From assembly GCA_036172245.1 (NCBI GenBank), contig JAYWIR010000002.1, positions 5,146,001 through 5,210,000 of the forward strand: a DNA stretch of 64,000 nucleotides, read 5' to 3'. The position numbers and the translations under genes are program-made. The notes under the pieces were generated by a model. The model searched no databases. It had not been told where the DNA came from and saw only the letters and a list, made by a program, of their open reading frames with translations. Of this stretch, positions 13,061 to 33,129 are shown piece by piece. Position 1 is the first letter of the stretch. The number at the start of each line of letters is the position of its first letter. This DNA comes from Raillietiella orientalis (taxonomy: Eukaryota).

Positions 13061-16000
13061 GCTGACGCAATCATACACTTCCGTTCTCCTTTTGTGGTGC
13101 ACACCGTACTATAATGACTTTTCACAGACATTGAGCCGTTTGTTAGACCATAGTCTACTCCAACATCGTCCTCATTTGGAGGAGATTATAAACGTAGGTA
13201 GCTCACGCTTAACAGATCCTCATATATGTGATATTAATTTGTAAGGTCTCTTTATTCCTCTGTTATTAAAATTTTCCAACTGGACAATGTTCAATCAATG
13301 TATTTTAGTTTCGGATGAAACTGTGCAGAAACTGAATAAACGGGTAGAGCAGTTGTATTTTTCAAATGAATAGCAAGCTTTTGTAATACATAAAAGTTTT
13401 CATGCTTCAGATGTACATTTGTAGAGGGGATAAAATTGGACTTTCAAGATGTGCTTCAGATGGTGGTTCTTCACACACATCCATTTCCATGTGAATCCGA
13501 AGCAGCTAGCAAACATCAGATCATATGCTGAAAACCTTACAAGAAAATGGTAAGGAGAGCATTGGATTGTCTGCATACGAAAATTTAAAGGTGGCTGACA
13601 CTTCTAGCATTATTCTCTATCTAGCACTACTCTTTCTAAGATATACAGTGGATTTCTATGGTCGGGTTTGGATTCACCTTTCTAAAACGGTCCATAAACC
13701 ATTTCCATAGTTTATTGATCATTTATTGTGATTTCCATTATTTATCAGAATGACTGTTTCTACTTCAGCTCCTTTCCATTTATTTATTTCGTGAGATATA
13801 TCCCGATTGGGACTGTCTGTTGAGCTCAGAACGTGAAAGTTTCATCTCAACCTTTTACATGGAAAGCTTGTTGAGTGCCATCAGGTGCAACTAATTTGCA
13901 TCGTTTCACGGAAACCCTGTAAATTAAATTAATTTATCTGACTTCGAGACGACATGGACATGTATAGGCAGCGGTTAGACTGCCGAAATAATGTTTTAAT
14001 CCTTTCAGTTCTGCAGGAAGTAATTGATGGGCATATGTGAAGTAATTTGCAATTTGTTTGCAAAATAATTGATTAAGCGATGAAAAATTAGAAATCAATC
14101 CGCAAAACAAACAGCCTCGCATAATTGTGCGATTCCACTATTACGAAGGATTTGCATACGTGTGATCATGTATTTCTTTACATTACAATATGGCGGTATG
14201 AGTACCCTGATTTGATACCAGCACTATAGTAGGAATATGTGATATTTTTCATCATTTTACTTTGTTTCGTTCCATAGGCTGGGACGGAAGTTACTTTGCA
14301 GAATTTACTCCAAATTTCAAAGTTGGATAGAGGGAAATTCGTGCTTCGGTTAGTGTCAGATTTGTAGCAAATTTTTCTTACCGTGATGTTTCCAGAAAGC
14401 GAATGCAAAGGAGAGACAGTATCTTAATTTTCACAGTCAATTTGAAATAAAAGTAAAGTTGGGGTTGGCCTGCTATTCGTATAGTCGAAAAAGCATCTGA
14501 GGACTACAGGTTTACACCGAAATGCTGCTTTTCCATTCATTCGAATTGGTGTGGTAATAATGGGATTTGCGCCTTTTCTGCTGTCCTGCAAGACGCCATA
14601 GGAGTGGCCAAGAAAGAAAGCTGGCGGAGACTGATTCCCTATGGCCCGTGGACTCATCCTCGGTCTCTTGCTGATGATGAATTGGCACTAATCTCAGCAT
14701 CGTTAATATCTTCATATGCTGGAACACACCCATTACGATACATAGAGCGAAAATACACCAAAAGTTTGGAAGCATTTCTACGGGTGCATACATTCCCGAA
14801 TCAAATAGTCATTATTCTATTGTTTAAACTAATGTACATTTCTTCTCATTGTTTTACAAGTTTGTGTAGCAGTAAGCAATATTAGTTTGATCCAGCCTGT
14901 TCCAAATTTGGTTTTGCATATGTGGTCATTTATTTATTTATTTATTTGGGGGGGGGGGATATCTTCAGAAAGCATTAGATTAGCGAAGGGCGCCCCAAGT
15001 GAACAGTGGAGGATCTGAGTAAAATTGTACAGAGCCTGTAACCAGTTATGTAAGTGCACACGTAAGCAATAAAAATTAGATTATCGATAATACAATATAT
15101 CTCAAGACCAGTGATAGATAAAAATGTTCCAAGTCTGAGACTCGGATGTTTTCGTTGCATGGGTCGATAGCGACCAGCAGGGCAGTAAAAAACATTATAT
15201 TCCTTCTTTAAAGACACATTCGACATTCATTCGTGGGAGGTACAAACATCGCAGAGAACAAAATTTGCCCATCAATAGCCCCTTCGGTCGTCAAGCTCCT
15301 CTAGCCAGTTTTCCCGCTTTTCAGTATACCTACACAAGCATTTAAATTCTTATCAAACTGGATAATGAATTTTTTTTTTTCCATTTTTAAGACGGCCTTT
15401 TGCTTCTTTGCTTATTCTTCGATTCACCCGTATTCCACTCCAAAAACAAATCGGTCTATCTTTGAAAAATTCGAGTTCCTGATATACTAATAGTTTTTCA
15501 ATTAAAATTCGACCTGGAACAGCTCGTCAAAAGAAAAAGGACCGTGTTTTTTTTAAAAACGAACAAAACGCAAACCAAACTTCTTATGCAGTTCGGTGAC
15601 AGTTGGCGTTGAAACTTTGGTCGCGAGAGAATCGTCGAAACCTTTTGCGAGTATCATCTGAAGAAGACCGAGAACATCATAAAAGAATGTATGGAGTAAG
15701 ACAGCTTCATTCTTAACCGACATGCCGAAAAAACTTTGGTATCCATTTCGTAACCGGTGAGGCAATCAGCAATCAGAGAGGTCAAAATATCCTTAAGGTT
15801 GCTACGGGAGCACTCCTATTTGAAATGTGCGCAAGCATAAATGTTGACGTAAGCTTCTAGACAATACGTTTGAAAGAACTAGAATTTTATCACAAGACTC
15901 GAGTTGAGATGAAACTGAAGAAAATACGGCGTGAGCATAAACATTAAATGAAGTTCCTTAGATACTGAAGAATAGTCGTCCAGGCATACTACACTACTAC

Positions 16001-19000
16001 TGTCAGATACATTCATTTGTTTGAATGGAATGCCATCTTCCTCCAGCGGCGTCAAGACAGTGACTCCAAAAATCTCACATGATTCGGCTTCAGATTCCAC
16101 ATTTTCCATCATTTAAACTGGAATCTCTGACTTTCCATTTGCATCTCCGTCTAAAAGCTATTCACAGTATCTAGAAAGAAACTCATCACAGAGATACTGA
16201 GTAGAGATTCTAAAGATTCGAAAATATTCCAAAAATAGCAGATTGTGGAGATGAAGAGAAAGGGATTTCCATATTTGGAAACAACAAGAAAGTCTGTCTC
16301 GAAAGTTATGCAAGTTAGATGCCATTAATGATTATTACAGTTACTTCCTATGCGGCTGAATGGGAAAGCAAGAAGATTCTTTGATAACACAGCAATCTGA
16401 AGTCTGTTCAGTTATCCAGATTGGATATTCACGAAACATTAAACACAGAAACGACAAGAAAAAAAGTTCAAGGTTCACCGTTTACGAATTTGAGTCACAG
16501 TGGTAAAGAACGAATTCGAGAAGTTTTATTCCACGGCAATAGTTTGAATTAATCAAGGTGGACAGAGTGGAACTGAATCTTGATTTGCTGCCATTATAAA
16601 AAAACTTTCCCAAGATTTCGTTCGATGGTGATAGTTTACAGGGAAGCAACTCATCTTTACAAGAGTTGGTAATTCAGATTGTAATAAGAGCACACCAGGA
16701 GCAATGATCCTAAACGTACAAGAGTATAGACGTTGAAAAAAAAAATAAAATAAAATGGGACTCTGCAGCAGTGTCGAGACGACTCCAATGCTAAGAAGAA
16801 TAAGCGAAGCTCGAAACACAGGAGAAATAACAGGCATAAGAATGTGGGCTCTGAGAACTAATGAAAAATCCTTAGAAAGGCATTCAGAATTAGTCATGGC
16901 TATTTCTAGGAAGCTACAGAAACGCGACTATCACAAACTTCGAAACACATACTGAAGAGGAGCACCAATAAAGCATGAATACCAGCACAGATAACCACCA
17001 TAGGTAGTGGTTGTTGATACTGTTGTATCCATAGATATATACTATCAATATCAAGAATTTGCATTTTCTAGAGTTGATTGCTGCACCGATTGACACAAGT
17101 GCACAAACAAAATGTTGGAAACGCTGGGAAAACAGTTCTCGAGACGATAAGGCATGAGTAATCCGCAAGTTCATTTTACCGTACTGGGGAAAAAAAAAGG
17201 CATGCGAACATGCTGGAGAAAGCAGTTTAGAATATTCTGTAAATTAATTCTGCATGCAATTTTTTCCCAGAGGATTTCTTCAGCGAATTAACAAAAGCAA
17301 TGATGACTTAGAAAGAAGCCGTTCAAAAACAAATGTGTTAAAGTGCTGAGAGTCAGAGTTCAGGCACATCGGTTGCCTCATTCGGCTTCTTAAACATTTG
17401 TTCTTCGCTAATTCATTTAAAAATAATTGCTCTTTTTTCCCCTAAAATGTCCTAAAGTTCTTCAGGCTCCATTTTGTATCGTACGTTTTATGTCGTAAAA
17501 TTCATCGAAGCCAATGAAAACCAACATCCATAGCAAACACAGCACGCATGCATGGCAAATACTTACTCATAGTTCAGCGATAAATCGAAACCAAATATGA
17601 TCAATGATTTTGAGATAGGCAAGGTGTTAGTCAAGGACAGAGGATACATGCATCATTACAAATCAAGTCTCTAAAGCCATTTGCAAGTATAATTCATTTG
17701 TTAAGGCAGAAGCATCCATGATTTTCGTAAAGACCTTAATGAAAAGGAAGATCAGTCATTATCATTGTAGAACAGTAATATTGGCTAGGCAAAAATGGGT
17801 ACTCTGTGCATTACTGTCACTGTATGCTGTTAACAAAGGAATTGTATGATAAAGTAAAAGCTCGTGTTTTGGTTTCAATATAAGATTTCATTCATGAATT
17901 CAATAAACCACATATAGATGCCTCATTAAGTATTTATGTATATATTTGTATATGAAGAGTTTGGTATTTGATGCGATAGTGGTATAACAATAAAAGAGTA
18001 TCGAAGAATATTTGTTTAGAAATGTCCACTTGAAATAAATCGAATAGGGTTAGATGTTGCAATGACATTTTTTTTGGTTACAAGTTGAACGGAATATCAG
18101 CGACTGCAGAAAAAGGCAGAAAAAACGCAATAGTTGAACATGAACTGAAGCCGAATTATACTGATGTGGATATTTTGGATTCACTCACGTATAAGAATTA
18201 TATTAGTGAAGCGACCAATTATCTCATGCTTTTATAATAAGCTTTCCCAAGCTTACGTGTTTCTAGTTAGTTTTGTCTTTAGGTCTCTAACTATCTCATT
18301 TAAGTTATCTACATTTTCATATTCATCCCAGGAAAAAAAACTTCAGAATTATTGAGCCTCTAAAGATTGAAATTAGCAGTCTTCTTTTAATAACCTGACA
18401 TCAAATGGAATAAAAGTTTGGAATGAAGCTTCCTATGTAAAGGAATCGTTCAGTGGATCCATACCGCACCTCAGTTATCAGCATCCATATCTTCCAGCTA
18501 TGTCGTTTAGAAGTGGTTGCTATCTATGTTCGAGAGCAAATTTCTCATTAGCTATGTTGCTAGTTTTCATTCTGATGTGATCTTTTTGGTCAAAATCCTC
18601 GCCGCCATTTTCTGAAGGTAAAAAGATCTTGATATCTTAAAGGTATCCTCTACGGGAATGTTAAGCTTTTCCTGTTGAATTATGATGACTTTTCCCAGTT
18701 ACTATTTTGTGGCAAGTTTTTTTCTTCTTCTCCAAGTTGCTATGTGTTCCTTGTAGAGTTTTCAATATAATTTTGTTGTCTTCCGTGACTGTAAAGTCAG
18801 CAAAGTTTTCAGTTATCTCCAGCAAGGAAAGTAGGCTCCGCATAAAGTGTCTTGCTTTACAAGACACTTTATGCTCTTTACTAAGACACTTTGCTCTTTA
18901 CTAATACATCACGTTGGAAAGTTCTGATCTTATGTTCCTTTATTTTAAGAATTTAAATGACCCCTCGGACAAGATCGTTACTGCTTGAGTTTCAGTATTG

Positions 19001-20529
19001 TCACATCTTCATCTATTCCCCAATTTTGTATATGTCTTTTGAAAAACACTTCGTGGTTATAGTGGATTATTTTTTTTCTGGGTACGTACAACTTCCATCT
19101 TATAATATCGAACACAATTTTGTTCACGTATGTGATGCTAATTAGATGAAAATCCCAATTAAGTATTTTCATTCCGGCGTGCACTCAACACAGGATTGTC
19201 ATTCGATAGAGCTTTGAACTGCGATTTCCATTTGCCGAATTTCGAGACAAATGGAGTTTTTCAGTTTGAGGAAAATTCGAGTTTGGAACTTGTAGACGCA
19301 GACTTCTTCTAGCCACCGCGAGTAAGAAAGGTGAGCTTTTCACAGAGTAAGCGGAGGATTTTCGTTTCTCCATCTCCCCTTTTCCGATCCCGTCTGGGTG
19401 ATCCATCGTTTCCATTACGTTCCTTTGACCACAGCAGTTTAATTAGCCGTTCATTAATTTGACGAGCAAGTGTAGTAATCATGATGCAGGTTGCTTTTGT
19501 CCCACACGGACCGAAATGCATCTTGGGAAGTGTGTGGCTGTGGTTCGTTCACAGAGCAATTTGTTTTCGATGTGATAATCGGACATTTACGAACGTGGCC
19601 ATCTTCCACACTTGCAGGTTAAAAGGCGAAGGATTGCGGCTAATCATGATTTAATCAGCTGGAATGTAACGCATGCGTAGATTTCGCCATTTTGTAGTTT
19701 ATGCTTCTTTTTCCCATTGCAATGTTTCAAGTTCAAAGTTCAGTAGCAATCTTCATAAATTAAAGTCTGCCGTATTGTACTTGGATCCATGTGATATTGC
19801 CACCATAAGGGAGTTTGTTTCGGTCTACTACAGAATACATATAGGTAAAATTTGTTTACTTATGTGTGTTCTGCATGTATATCAGCTGTTGTATTTAGAC
19901 CTAAGCAGAAGTTCGTCTGATGTTCCATGTTGTCACACTGCAGGTTATGCACAAAAAAATGTTGCTAATGGCCCAATTATTTGCATAAATTAATGGTCCG
20001 TGCTCATTTAATCAAACTGCACGTAGGTTGTGCTCGACTTTAGCAATAAAGTATGATCGTAGATTACGTACCAGTTTAAATATTTGCTTAGTTACATACG
20101 CAATACCCATGCAGTAGTTTGTATTGCAATTCGTGTTCATGTGGTTTAATTAACCATTTTCTGGCAGGTCGTTTCGATTAGTTCGGCGCTGCTTAAAGCT
20201 TGAAGCGTCCGTGTTGATAAGGTACTGTTGTAATTTGTGTTGTCATGTTAAATTTGTAAGAATTTCATATTCATGAGTTATATTTTCAGTAAAAGATGAA
20301 ATAGACACAATTTGGTGATAACCGTTGTCCTGTGATAAGTGCATTGTTGTAAAAGTTATTCATTAATCATTCTCTCACATGATGGAATCTCCCAGATCAG
20401 GAAATGAGTTTTTTTAGAAAAATGTAAATAACTTGAACTCGAAAAATGAACTCATCAGAAGATGTTTAAAGTTAAACCTTCTAGTCAATTAATGAATGTA
20501 AACATCATGGGAATTTAAGTCTGTTGAGC

Positions 20530-25856
<5,327 letters not shown>

Positions 25857-26014
25857 TGCATATAGCAGACTTAATGCTTTCAGAGCCATTTTCTGGCACC
25901 AGAATGGAGGACAGAGTGCTCCAGTCAGTCAGACAATGCACCAGAGTAATTTATTTTATGTGTACAGTCACAAATATGTGGCTGATTGCAATCCTCTTCA
26001 GCTCAAAAAAACAA

Positions 26015-26032
26015 AATAAAGTACCTTTTATT
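26015..26032. promoter_or_regulatory. Back-to-back polyadenylation signals for Tao (+) and NDST (-)
   Basis: AATAAA on + at 26015-26020 and AATAAA on - at 26032-26027, within the 265 bp between the two stop codons. Confidence 0.55.
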
Positions 26033-26121
26033 ATTTTTTTCTATTTTCTTGGTATCAGGGGATGCTTAGCAAGAAAACGCACCAATATGTTTGTCTGTCT
26101 GTCTTATGCAAGTTTTTCTTC

Positions 26122-29100
26122 TCAATCCTTGAGATCTTCATGAAGCCATTTAGGGATTCGATATCCTAACCTTTTGAGAAGTCTTTCCAGTGCAACATTC
26201 TGTGCTCTATAATAACTCTGTACAAGGAAATAAACATAAAAAATACGATTGCAAACAGCAGTATAAAATTTGCCTTTAAAAATTTAAGTGATGTTGAATT
26301 CATGGCAGGATAATTGCGTCCTTTACCTTTTCCTAAGCACTTTGTTGCTCCAGATTCTAAAACTGGGCAATAAAAACCTTTTCTCGGATCATATCTGGGG
26401 AATCATGGAATCACATCTTTACTCCAAAATATCTTGCATCTATACCTTAAGTAAGTACTGTAATTAAACAGTGGCACTTCAAGAAATTTTTGCAGTTCAT
26501 TCAAAGAGTGACTAGGGTCGCGGTGCAACTGTTCTCCATCCATTATGAAAATCTGCTCTGGTGGAAAATGTGCTAGCCATTTTTCCAAATGGCGTGCATA
26601 CATTCCTGGGTTCAAGCATCTGAAAATTCATACATGTTAGGGAGATGAATCACCTATGAAGCATACATTACACCTGTGATGTAAACTGCGAAGTCTAGGG
26701 TCATTATTTGACAGTTTTATCACATCCAAAAAAGAGTACTGTAGAGCAGTGGGATCTGCATGGGCTCTCTGATGCTGGTACCAGCTATAAGCTCGTTTGG
26801 CAGGTGGAATAAGGACCACTACCAGTTTAGCCTAAAAGATATGAAATGGTCGCTTTCATGCAATACTATTTATGATTACCTGGGGTAATAAGCTATGAAC
26901 ACGTGCAGGGGCACGCTCTGTATCAAAGTAGTTGGCACTTTTTTCAAAGAGCAATTTGTCAGTATCATTTTCCAATGCAGGAAAATACTGACGGTACCTA
27001 AACATCAATCAGTCTTTTGAAATTGATTTTTCTACCACCATTGTAATCCCTGATTATAATTCCTGAGATTACTGAAGAACTGTATTTCTTCAAAACTGTG
27101 TTGACTAGGTATGTTACTTTGGATGGAAGGATGCATGTTTAGAAAAGTATACAAGGCAGTGGTGCCTGTCTTCTGTGGACCTAACACAAGCACGGAAGGT
27201 AATTGCTTGCAGTTGTCATCTGCTGGCCAAATTTTGCGATGACGTGGATCTGTACAGGGATTCTAAGAAAATTTGAAGCTTTCACATCCAAATGTCACAC
27301 TCACTCCCCAAATAGGGTATTTTTCTTGTTCATACAACTGGAAATATCTATCTGCTAGTGATACTGGATGCAGGGTCCTGAGACGTAGATTTGTCCAGCA
27401 CTGGACAAAGCGGAAAACTGCATCAAATGCATAAAGAGCCAATCGATCATTGCCATAGTTAGATAAGTGTGTCATAAAGACCATAATCTGGCAAACCTTG
27501 ACTTAATTTTCCCAAGAATGCTTACTCACTTGATTGTTTACAATTGTTTGGAACAGATCTCCGCCCAGCAGACTAGCCTCCAGTTTTTCAGGACCACCAG
27601 GATACTTTTCCAGGAAGATAGTGTGAGTGTAAAGATCACAGGTTTGGCGAGGCAGCACCTGAGATAAGGAAGAGATGCAGAAAGTACCAACTGACAAACA
27701 ATGTCAACTTTGATGTTATGATGAATAAATCCTTGGCGAAGCCATGAAGGTTTTAGATGTGGATACTCCTCAGTAGATGTAGCCTTCACATTCAAAACAT
27801 TCACCCAAGCCTCATACAATGGTTCATGCACGGGATATACACCAGAATGATGAGGAGACACTGCATAGCCATTTTCGATATGTAAGCCATGCTCCTGAAA
27901 TAATGATACGACCTGAAGCAAACAAAATTCCAAAAAACCTTGGCAAACTTGAGATTCATTCTGAGATTATCTTCCAAAACAGACACATTTTTGATGAGGT
28001 GTGGTTGAGTGTGATTCCAAGTGTGGCAAAACCACCAAAATCTATGCTTATTCTCTGCAAAGCTAAGAATAAAATAAACACTTTCATTTGATTTCTCAAC
28101 CGAGAAGCATATCATCTCCTTGGTTTTCATCTGGAGTGCCATGATGAAAAAATTTCCCTGAGAATCCCAGATTAAATCGGAAACCACTGATGAAAGAAGC
28201 AAAGTGATCTTGTGCTTTCAAGAGAGCCTATGGATCACATAGCACACCATGTCTCAGTGGTACAATCACCTGGACATCCTCTGATCTCATACGTGATCCA
28301 GATGGGGCAACAAAAACATCATCAATGTCAATTAAAATAAATCGGTCCAAAGGTATACTAAGTTTCCCATGACTCAAGAATGACATTGAATCCAGCAGGA
28401 GCAACTTATGTAGCCACAGCTGAAGTCCAGAACCAAATAAAACTTTTTGTATTCCATCAATCAAACCTCTATCCTAGGAGGGCTTATATTCACAGGGAAG
28501 CAACCGTTTTCACTTTACCTGCACCACAGTTACCAAATGAGATGGTATACTGATTTGGTCAGCACTCCATTCTAATGGTTGAGCCCACTCAATAGGCTTA
28601 AAAGTAATATCGTCGAAGGAAAATGCTGTCCAGTTCTGTCCTGGAAGAGCACCATGAATCACACCTCCAGGCTTTGTTAAGCGTAATACAGCAGAGGACG
28701 GATCTAGAGTAGCATCCTGAAGACACATATGCTGACTACTACTATCAATGTTGTATTTACTTTAACTTGCAGCCTGGTGTGCACATATAAAGGCAAACCA
28801 AGTAGTTTGCTTCCTTTGAAAATGTTTTTCTGTGGAGCCAAAAAGCCAATGATGCCAACTTTGAATGATGTACAATATTTATCCAGAATATTCTTAGTCC
28901 ATTTGTTTAAAGTCAGATACCGTTCAAAGTTTGTAAAAATTATAACAGCATACTTCCCTCGATTAAACTGGGCAAGATGATGCAATGCCTTCACAGAAGT
29001 TTCCTTTTTGTATCTATAAAAGTTGCACTTAAACTTGTGAACAAACGTATAATATAATAACCCCACTTGAAGAGCACATTCAATGACAAACAAAATAATT

Positions 29101-29566
29101 GAATAATGTTAATCTGCGCATTAAATGCAAGGCTTTCAATATCAAAAAATGAATAACCAAAACACTTAAGACAACATTTGTAGAGTACTAACTTGATATG
29201 ATTAGCAGTTAGCAGTGCAGACAGGTCTTTTCCTAAGTCAGACCGAGAGCCTTCAGTTATCAGTAATACTTTAGCATCCAAATGCAATTGTGCTTCTGAA
29301 CTATGATTATTAACCTTTGTTGCATTATGGACTGCTGAGCAATGAAAAGTAGACTTAGGACGTACATATATGAAAAACCTAAAACAGATGGTGTATTCTG
29401 AAAAATTTTATTCCTACCTGTAGGTTGATTGGTCCGACAGATTCTTAAGAATATAAAGCAGATTAAGGAATAGAATAACCGAAAGGATAATCTTAAAATA
29501 TTTGATTTGACTTTTCAGATATGTGATGCACCAGTAGTGAAATGGCAGAATTGTTGTATACATCAT
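26122..29566 (-). CDS. sfl: Bifunctional heparan sulfate N-deacetylase/N-sulfotransferase (sulfateless/NDST), multi-exon
   Basis: N-terminal type II TM segment. Motifs [86 protein letters not shown] (PAPS-binding), [13 protein letters not shown]-terminus [25 protein letters not shown]. Stop TGA at 26124-26122. Confidence 0.96.
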
Positions 29567-31502
29567 TTATACTTAGAAATTCTCCCATTATATCTTCATG
29601 GTTCACATTTCTTCATTACATTTTATCACAATATAAGATATCACAGTGACAGGAGGGGAGCAATGTTCATGATTTAGAAAGTTCTTTGGATACAACCCAG
29701 AATGGCAAGTAACTGTTAACTTCAAAAACCACTGTAAAATATCACTGCTTCACAGTTGGCTGGCATAAAGCCACTAAAAATTGTTAATACGAATATAAGT
29801 ATCACATTACAAATACTGTTTAAAAAAACATTAAAGCAATCCTGATGTATAGCACAAGAGCAATACTTCAACTTAGCAACTCAGGAGCACATGACAAACG
29901 CATTCACTGACTTATTATTGCAGAATAGTACATGGTCTTGAAAAGTTCTAATCCGAAACACAATCTTTTATGGTTAGGGTATTGGCAATCCTTTATAAAA
30001 TTTTATCTATCAAAACATGGATGTTAACATCTATGGTGATCATGCTAGAACGATCGAGTGTGTTGAAATTAACGTGTTTCCCGATTTTATTAAACATATA
30101 ACTTAAATAAATCAAAAGTGCCAACAAACGAAAAACTCTTCAACTAAAAAAGACTAAACTGGCATATACTTCAGGGAATTTCCATCACGTAAGAAACACC
30201 TAGAAGAATGGCTACGAACTCATGTAGCAGATTCACTTCGTGAAAATGCTGGAACTGGTATGCGTGATCGATATGAACATTTGAAGAGGTACAAAAGTTT
30301 GGATCCATATGCACAATGGACTATGATTTTTTAAAAAAAATAGCAGTTTATTACATTTCAGGATTAGTCCAATCAAACCTATAGGCTATCTGTTTCTTTA
30401 ATGTGAATCTATTTTGATTTTATGAATTAATCCTTTGGTGCTAAAATACTTTTCGTTTCCACTTTTGGTTTCCATACTACTCGACAAGGAGTCATACAAT
30501 CACTAACACTACCAAACACAGAGTAATAAGGATGCATTCACGAACAAATCCGAAATTTCAAGAGATCAGCTGGCATACCAGAGTCAAGTCAGACGCTCTC
30601 CAAAAATTTTGAAACAAAAATGGAACAGCCACAAACTAAATCCCCAAATGATTTCTTAATGTTTTAATGGCATAGGACGGAGTCAAGCCTATCCTTTGAT
30701 CCGGAGAGTTCCATTGTAATCAATTAATATTTATTCAATTAAAGTTGTGGACGAAATAAATAAATAAAATACTTTCAATGTTGAAAGCCAACCGAACTAC
30801 AAAGAAGTTTTTTCTCTATGGAGATGAAAGTGCATTATTTGATCTCTGTTTTGTTTAACCTCAATAACTTGTGCTGAATATTTTAGGAGTAATGACATTT
30901 GGATTACAAAAGTATCAATACAAGAAAAACCCAGCTACAAATGAAATTTTCCAAATGCAAATCCGCAGATAGGTCTTCAAGGAAGGATTAATGAAGGAAT
31001 ATAACTATTCTTTAAAACACTGGAAAACTGAGGAAGGACTTTTTTTTGTTCATCAAGTTTTCTTGAATCTTTGATCAAAAATACAAATTTGACTTTCCAG
31101 AACCTCATTCGCTCTTAAGAAAACGTAATTTTCCCAAAGTTTCTCACAATGAGGTCCTTAATGTCTGCACGACATATAATTTGCCAGAAAGTTTGACGAC
31201 TCGAAATTTCAAGTTTAGCTGCAGGGGTTTAAGGAATTCTACGCCATGTCACTGAAACAAAAATTCCTTTTACAGAATAGGAGCAAAGTTATTGGCACTT
31301 TCCGGATATTAGAAAATAAAATGCATATTTTCAATGTTCTGATATTATTTGTGTGTTTTTTGGCATGTTAGCTGAAGCATTACTTAAGTGATCGAGTGAT
31401 CAATACAAAGTCCACTTTTAGAAACTAAACTGAATAAATATGCAGTCTTATGGATCCTTCGTCTCTATGAAAACAACCATAAATCAATAAATGTTTGATA
31501 TA

Positions 31503-31567
31503 TTTCTAAACTAAATCTCATTGCATCAAAGTGGATCTTTCAAAAGCAATGAGATTTAGTTTAGAAA
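31503..31567. repeat. Perfect 22-bp inverted repeat with 21-nt spacer
   Basis: TTTCTAAACTAAATCTCATTGC (31503-31524) / GCAATGAGATTTAGTTTAGAAA (31546-31567). Confidence 0.92.
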
Positions 31568-33129
31568 AAGTCAAAGTGGCACTAATTTTCTATTTTTGTA
31601 ATTTCCGTTCACATATACTTCTCTTTTCGTGTCATATCAAGTCTTTTTTGTTAACCTGAGTAAATCCTAACAGAGATCAAAATCCTCTTTAGCTACGGAA
31701 AGTTTCAAATTTGGCCTCCATGACAAAATTCTTGGGATTCCACCAGAACTCCACAGATGTGAAGTAGACTAAATGAACTACGACGGAACCTGTATCTCAC
31801 TGTCATCAAACTGTTCATTAATTTTAAATTTACAGTTATTCTAAAAGGTTTTCACGTTCTAAACAACTGCTACTAAATGAAATAATGTTCAATAGCATGA
31901 GACAAAGCTCGAAACATAAGAAGCTCTGAAAACTGTAGAAATATAATTCCGAGACTGAGATTTTACGAGATGGAAAATCGCGTCAAATATTCATATTTGA
32001 CTGCTGTTTCAGTGAGAGCTTGCTGGGAATACAAAATCACAAAAACATTAATTGTAGAACATTTGGTTTGTTCCACGAAACCCTGAGATCCCAAAACAGT
32101 TTTCACTATTTCTTTCCTCAGCACCTCCTGATTTTCTAAAGTTCTTTGCCTTTCAGTTTTCAAATACGAAAATTGCAAAAACACTTCTGTCTGAATGACT
32201 TCCCATCAGACAAATCAACAGCAAAGTCATTTCGTTTGCTCTTAGAAACGTGGGATCATGATGAATGTTTTGGAAAAAGCACTACCACCCGGACTTTTCA
32301 GACTAATCGATAAAATTTAGAACCCGATCTCTCAGAAATGAAAGAGATAATTTTTCGATTTGAAACCGTCAGTTCATACTCACAGTTTTCAAGAAAGTGA
32401 AACAGGTCATCGATACTCACGGAATGAACGTAGAAAGGTTGCAACTGCTTGCGGAAATAGAATTATGACTCAGAATTGTTTGAAATAGAAGAAATCAGAA
32501 TCGACTCCATCGATTTGATCATCGAACGTTTTCGTGAGGTAACTATAAGCAAATGATTTCTTCACTGCAGTACCATGGAGTATTCACGAGGCAATCTTCG
32601 AACACTGCAGACTCTGTTTATCATTTCTTCCAAAGGACACCTGTGTAGCTCTCGTTAAAGGAATCATCTATGCCTTAGGTATAAAGACGTCACCGATCTT
32701 TTCGACAGGTCACATCTCGCGTACCTTTGGTGAACAAGTTAATTGGAAAAGCATGCTGGGAATCTTCGAGACTTCTGCCGCTTCACAGGAAGATCCCAGA
32801 AACAAGAAAGTTTGAAGCAGCACAAAATAATTTCAGAGCATCTTGGTTTCCGCTGGGCGTGTCAAACCGTGTCAAGGACTATCGTGAATAGCTTTCGGAA
32901 AAGGAAAAAGCTACGAAAAAAAGCTTTTTAATGCAAGAAAAGGCAACAGATTCAAGAGAATCTCTGTCCACTCAAATGATGAAACTACATGTCAGTAGCA
33001 AGACCTGCGTTGGGGAAAAAAAAAAAAAAAAAAATAGTCGTATTGATTTAAATAAATGTATAAATGAAAAAAATTGATAAAAACACATCATAACGAATTA
33101 TCCCCTCCCCCCCCCCCAAGTTGCTCAAC

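Noticed and set aside
15400..18900. Hydrophobic minus-strand ORFs resembling a chemoreceptor or membrane-protein pseudogene
   Set aside because: No consistent splice model or family motif could be built.
30130..32930. Possible decayed NACHT/NLR-like gene (FNGIGRS Walker-A-like, protein-like frames)
   Set aside because: No Walker B found and too many stops to support a call without alignment.
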